Part shown: positions 6,524 to 9,184 of the stretch, in pieces
Position numbering within the stretch: the first letter of the stretch is position 1
Layout: each line of letters opens with the position of its first letter
Assembly: GCA_046536775.1 (NCBI GenBank)
Contig: JAWDMD010000018.1
Span: 1 to 9,184 of the forward strand
DNA: 9,184 bases
Source of the DNA: Candidatus Nanopusillus sp.
GTDB taxonomy: Archaea > Nanobdellota > Nanobdellia > Nanobdellales > Nanobdellaceae
Reading direction: 5' to 3'
Program-made: the position numbers and the translations under genes
Notes under the pieces: model-generated
Seen by the model: only the letters and a program-made list of their open reading frames with translations
The model's database searches: none
Told to the model about the DNA's origin: nothing

Positions 6524-6533
6524 ATATTTAAGG
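6524..6533 (-). promoter_or_regulatory. TATA-box-like element for pilin C, overlapping the stop codon of pilin D
   Basis: ATATTTAAGG is the only AT-rich patch between the two genes and sits at the expected spacing for a leaderless start at 6506 or 6503. Confidence 0.5.
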
Positions 6534-7001
6534 GGCCGCGACCCCTCGCGGCACGGCCTCCACGTTAGCGGTGAGGGCCTCGGTCGAGTTATCCGCGAAG
6601 TATACTAGGAGCGTCACGCGGTACTGCTGGCCGGGGGACACGGACGCCAGCGCCGGGAGCTCCCCCGGCGTGAGCGCGGCCGAGGCGGAGCCGCCCGGCC
6701 CGATCGGCCCGAGCGCGCGGGCGCTGCCGCTCCAGTTGCCGAGGCCCGTCACGTTCACGCACTCGATTGGCACGGAGCCCGTGTTCACTACGGATACCGT
6801 CAGCACGGCGGGCCCGCCCGGCGGCGCGGTGAGCTGCACGCTGCCCAACTGCGCGCCGGGCGCTGAGCCCACGGATCCCATGTAGCCCAGCGTGAATTTG
6901 TAGACCGCAATACCCAGAAGAATTGTTATCACGACTATCACGAGCTCCCAGATCAGCCCGGAGCGGCTGCCCCCGCGGCGCCTGCGCATCTCGTAGTCCA
7001 C
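6528..7001 (-). CDS. Type IV pilin-like protein, paralog D (atypical G/LIWEL N-terminus)
   Basis: 157 aa from GTG 7001, with an alternative ATG at 6989. RRRRGGSRSGLIWELVIVVITILLGIAVY is a basic leader, a Gly, then a hydrophobic helix containing a Glu. VSVVNTGS...SPGQQYRVTLLVYF is shared with paralogs B, C and E. A GGAG lies 9 nt upstream of the GTG, and the gene starts 19 nt after the upstream gene's stop, so it is probably co-transcribed. Confidence 0.8.
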   Translation of the reverse strand: MDYEMRRRRGGSRSGLIWELVIVVITILLGIAVYKFTLGYMGSVGSAPGAQLGSVQLTAPPGGPAVLTVSVVNTGSVPIECVNVTGLGNWSGSARALGPIGPGGSASAALTPGELPALASVSPGQQYRVTLLVYFADNSTEALTANVEAVPRGVAAP

Positions 7002-7020
7002 GGACGGGAGCTCCGTGTTC

Positions 7021-7653
7021 TCACCTCCCGCGCTGGCCCGCCGCCTCCAAGAGGGTTGCCCCCGCGCCGGCCCTCGGCCTCACGGTCACGCGCATCGTGC
7101 GCACGGCCTCGTCCCCGACCATCACGACCAGCTCGTGCTCCCCAATGGGCCAGTCGCCCGGCGTGAACACGAGCCTGTATCTGGAGTTCGATGGCCCCAC
7201 GGTCGCGGCGGCCGCCTCCTGCCCGTCCACCAGCAGGCGAACCTTCACTGGTCCCTGGGCCTTGACCTCGCCCTCTATGACGAGCGGCACGGTCGAATCG
7301 GCGTAGAGATCCGTCGGGGGCTCCGGCTCGGCGCGCGCGGGCCCCGGCGCGGCCCCGGGCGCAGTGGGGGGCGGCTGAACCGGGCGCGGGCCCCTGTGGG
7401 TCAGCGCGTACCACAGGATGAGCTCCATCGGGACAGAGCGGACGGGGAGGCTCGCGTAGGCGACCCCGAGCAGGATCACGAACATGAAGGCGGCGAACTG
7501 CGCCAGCATCCCCGCGCCGCTCAGCGCGGCCGCCAGCCCGGCGCCCACCGCGGCCGAGAGCGCGAATATAACGATCTGGCGCGGGCTGGCGGTGAACCCG
7601 AAGATGGGGACCGACCTCTCCTCCCACCGCGAGCGCTTGGGCCACCAGGCCAT
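7021..7653 (-). CDS. Two-TM membrane protein with a PrgI/VirB3-like N-terminus, a Pro/Ala-rich linker and a C-terminal beta-rich domain
   Basis: 210 aa. EERSVPIFGFTASPRQIVIFALSAAVGAGLAAAL resembles the PrgI-family signature as I recall it (short leader, f-G-[LF]-T-x-R-Q, then a TM segment). A second TM follows (AQFAAFMFVILLGVAYA), then SVPMELILWY, a linker (PRPVQPPPTAPGAAPGPARAEPEPP) and a beta-rich tail (PVKVRLLVDGQ...YRLVFTPGDWPIGEHELVVMVGDEAVRTMRVTVRP). The shared TATA element is 25.5 nt upstream. Confidence 0.55.
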   Translation of the reverse strand: MAWWPKRSRWEERSVPIFGFTASPRQIVIFALSAAVGAGLAAALSGAGMLAQFAAFMFVILLGVAYASLPVRSVPMELILWYALTHRGPRPVQPPPTAPGAAPGPARAEPEPPTDLYADSTVPLVIEGEVKAQGPVKVRLLVDGQEAAAATVGPSNSRYRLVFTPGDWPIGEHELVVMVGDEAVRTMRVTVRPRAGAGATLLEAAGQRGR

Positions 7654-7673
7654 CGCTCACGCGTGCCGCGGCG

Positions 7674-7683
7674 CCTTTTAAGG
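7674..7683. promoter_or_regulatory. Single shared TATA-like element for two divergent leaderless genes
   Basis: CCTTTTAAGG is centred at 7678.5. The minus-strand ATG (7653) and the plus-strand ATG (7704) are each exactly 25.5 nt from that centre. The intergenic region is only 50 nt long. Confidence 0.65.
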
Positions 7684-7703
7684 GACTGAAATACGAGCCC
7701 CCG

Positions 7704-8153
7704 ATGAGCGCCGTTATCCACGGGCACGGCCCCCTGAGCAGGAGGAAGGCAATCTCCGAGATGCTCGCCGTGATAATACTGCTCTCGCTCACGATAGTCG
7801 CCGGCGTGCTGGTCTACCAGATATTCACGGGGAAGGCCAACGTCGCGTCCAGCGCGACGGCGGTGTCGATCCAGAGCCTCACGATCTCGGGCGAGAATGG
7901 CGTAATGACCATCACGGTGCAGAACACGGGCACAAGTACAATACAATCCCTCCAAGTTAAGGTCTACCAGAGCGGCGGCGCCGCGGTGAACGTGAATGGT
8001 CAGTTCTCACCGCCGAGCATCGCGCCCGGGCAGACCACCTCCGGCACGTTCACCGGGACATTCTCGCCAGGCGAGCAGTACACGGTCGTGGTCACGGCGA
8101 CGGCCGCCGGCGGCAGCACGACCACGGCGACGGCGACCGTAACCGCGTCCTGA
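7704..8153 (+). CDS. Archaeal type IV pilin-like protein, paralog E
   Basis: 149 aa. ...GPLSRRKAISEMLAVIILLSLTIVAGVLVY is a class III signal-type N-terminus with the same SEML motif as paralog A. It also has ITVQNTGTS...APGQTTSG...SPGEQYTVVVTAT and a T/A/G-rich tail. Confidence 0.9.
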   Translation: MSAVIHGHGPLSRRKAISEMLAVIILLSLTIVAGVLVYQIFTGKANVASSATAVSIQSLTISGENGVMTITVQNTGTSTIQSLQVKVYQSGGAAVNVNGQFSPPSIAPGQTTSGTFTGTFSPGEQYTVVVTATAAGGSTTTATATVTAS

Positions 8154-8176
8154 GCTCGGGGGCGGCAACCAGATAT

Positions 8177-8198
8177 CTTTTTATTTAATTTTTATTAT
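8177..8198 (+). terminator. Oligo-T terminator candidate for pilin E, overlapping the 3' end of dprA on the opposite strand
   Basis: CTTTTTATTTAATTTTTATTAT contains T5, T3 and T5 runs and starts 24 nt after the stop at 8151-8153. It is the most AT-rich patch in the window. Confidence 0.5.
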
Positions 8199-9053
8199 AG
8201 AGTCGACCGAGCCCTCGTCCAGCCTCCTCGCGCCGCGCCCCGCCATCTCCCGGGGCCACGCGAGGTTCGGGTCGTCGAACGCGCCCCTCCAGATCCAGAG
8301 GGGCCTCCCCAGCCGCAGCGCCGCCAACCCCGTGAAGGCGGTCCCGCCGGCCGGGCCCGCCTCCACTAAGACCACGGCGTCCGCTATCAGCGCGATCGTG
8401 CGGTCGCGCGCCAGGAAGTCCCGCGGCCGCGTCGCGTGCCCGGGCGGGAACTGGCTGACCGCCAAATGTTTCCTCATTATCTCGAGCTGGAGCTCCCGGT
8501 TCTCGGGAGGGTAGAACCTGTCAAGTGGGGTCCCCAAGACGGCGATGGTTCTCCCACTGCGCTCGATCGCGGCCCGGTGCGCCGTGGTATCTATACCGCG
8601 CGCGAGCCCGCTCACAATTACGGCGCCCCGCTCCGCGAGCCTCCCAGCGATCAGCCGGGCCGCGCCCAGCCCGGCCGGCGAGGGCCGCCTGGTGCCGACC
8701 ACCGCGACGCGCGGCCCCCCGAGCGGGATCTCCAGCGCGCCCTCGACGTAGAGCTCGCGTGGCGCGTACGCGCGCTCGGCGCCGCTCAGCCCGCGCCCGA
8801 GGAGTTGCTCGGGGGTGACGGCCCTCGTCCCTCCCGCCCCCCTCGGCGCGGCGCGCAGGGCGCGGGTAGCCTCAGCTCGGGGTACTTGGCCGCGAGGCCC
8901 CTCAGAACCCCGAGCGCCCGGCGCGCGTCCCCCTCGGTGGCCCAAGGCTTCCTCTCCAGGAGGATCTCCAGCCCCTCCTCCGCGGTGAACTCCGGGAAGC
9001 GCGCGTTGTACTCGCAGAACATCACGAGCGTCGCGGCGAGCTCCAGCGTCCAT
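8181..9053 (-). CDS. dprA: DprA/Smf DNA-processing protein (Rossmann-like DprA domain); the true start is uncertain
   Basis: PRVAVVGTRRPSPAGLGAARLIAGRLAERGAVIVSGLARGIDTTAHRAAIERSGRTIAVLGTPLDRFYPPENRELQLEIM...SQFPPGHATRPRDFLARDRTIALIADAVVLVEAGPAGGTAFTGLAALRLGRPLWIW matches the DprA signature: VGsR, SG[LM]A.GID..AH, iAVlG.GlD..YP..N, F..RNRiia.l.dav.vvEa. The N-terminal portion of about 75 aa from ATG 9053 is R/G/A/P-rich, looks non-coding, and overlaps the upstream ORF. The only other canonical in-frame start I found before the domain is TTG at 8945. Confidence 0.85.
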   Translation of the reverse strand: MDAGARRDARDVLRVQRALPGVHRGGGAGDPPGEEALGHRGGRAPGARGSEGPRGQVPRAEATRALRAAPRGAGGTRAVTPEQLLGRGLSGAERAYAPRELYVEGALEIPLGGPRVAVVGTRRPSPAGLGAARLIAGRLAERGAVIVSGLARGIDTTAHRAAIERSGRTIAVLGTPLDRFYPPENRELQLEIMRKHLAVSQFPPGHATRPRDFLARDRTIALIADAVVLVEAGPAGGTAFTGLAALRLGRPLWIWRGAFDDPNLAWPREMAGRGARRLDEGSVDSIIKIK

Positions 9054-9184
9054 GGGTCCATCCCCAGAATCTCGCGGGCGTACGCCGCCGCGCGGTCGGT
9101 CACCTCGACGCGGGCCGGCCGCGCCTCCGCGTAGTAGGCGTCCGCGAGGTCCGGGCTGTAGGGCCCCCGAATATACATGTCGAA
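8786..9184 (-). CDS. Hypothetical protein, possibly SocA/YwgA (Panacea, DUF4065)-like; probably partial, as the frame stays open to the right edge
   Basis: (FD)MYIRGPYSPDLADAYYAEARPARVEVTDRAAAYAREILGMDPWTLELAATLVMFCEYNARFPEFTAEEGLEILLERKPWATEGDARRALGVLRGLAAKYPEL has protein-like composition. [YW]..GP[YV][SV]P.L recalls the W.YGPV.P.LY / GPYS..L motif of SocA/YwgA-type proteins. The last 25 aa or so (RLPAPCAPRRGGREGRGPSPPSNSSGAG) look non-coding. There is an ATG at 9178, but the two codons before it are also open. Confidence 0.4.
   Translation of the reverse strand, partial: FDMYIRGPYSPDLADAYYAEARPARVEVTDRAAAYAREILGMDPWTLELAATLVMFCEYNARFPEFTAEEGLEILLERKPWATEGDARRALGVLRGLAAKYPELRLPAPCAPRRGGREGRGPSPPSNSSGAG

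Noticed and set aside
1035-7683. GGCGCC next to the TATA decamers as a dedicated regulator site
   Set aside because: Its side and distance relative to the direction of transcription are inconsistent between copies, and a 6-bp GC palindrome is expected often at this base composition. I kept it only as a note within the promoter finding.
6953-7955. Long ORFs 6953..7792 (-), 7015..7689 (+) and 7521..7955 (-)
   Set aside because: All are R/G/A/P-rich and cross the TATA-containing intergenic region or overlap well-supported pilin and membrane-protein frames. I treat them as shadow ORFs.
549-8153. Reading the pilin-like genes as archaellins (an archaeal flagellum locus)
   Set aside because: The proteins are short and lack an archaellin-like conserved body. 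There are no flaC-J, FlaH, FlaI or FlaJ accessory genes in the window. The shared PGQ...Y.V.L.V beta-domain pattern fits the pilin/adhesin type better.
8332-9134. Plus-strand ORFs 8436..9134, 8525..8818, 8545..8751 and 8332..8514
   Set aside because: They lie antisense to the clearly recognisable DprA domain and have R/P/A-rich composition.
1-9184. A search for CRISPR arrays, tRNA or rRNA genes, IS elements, integrase genes and terminal inverted repeats
   Set aside because: I saw no regularly spaced direct repeats, cloverleaf-capable segments, transposase- or integrase-like ORFs, or matching end repeats. Mobile-element status therefore cannot be supported from this window alone.

Overview
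GC-rich window that looks archaeal. The signs are CCTT[T/A]TAAGG TATA-like decamers centred about 25 nt upstream of start codons (leaderless genes), class III prepilin-type signal peptides, and oligo-T terminators. I saw no rRNA, tRNA, CRISPR array, transposase or integrase. Gene order: (1) a partial divergent DprA-like gene on the minus strand at the left edge, missing from the ORF track because it has no in-window stop; (2) pilin-like gene A, directly upstream of it; (3) a plus-strand block of two translationally coupled hypothetical genes, a PIN-domain gene, and a 716-aa P-loop ATPase of the VirB4/VirD4/HerA (AAA_10-like) type with C-terminal winged-helix and PD-(D/E)xK-like modules; (4) a minus-strand block of pilin-like genes B, C and D plus a two-TM protein whose N-terminus resembles PrgI/VirB3; (5) divergent pilin-like gene E; (6) a canonical DprA/Smf gene whose 5' region overlaps a partial upstream ORF with a SocA/YwgA (Panacea)-like GPYSP motif. 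Main hypothesis: this is a previously undescribed archaeal DNA-transfer or DNA-uptake module. It combines type IV pilin-like proteins, T4SS-like parts (ATPase and a PrgI/VirB3-like protein) and two DprA paralogs, and the window has no FlaI/PilB, FlaJ/PilC or prepilin peptidase gene. All family assignments come from motif recognition by eye. No searches were run.
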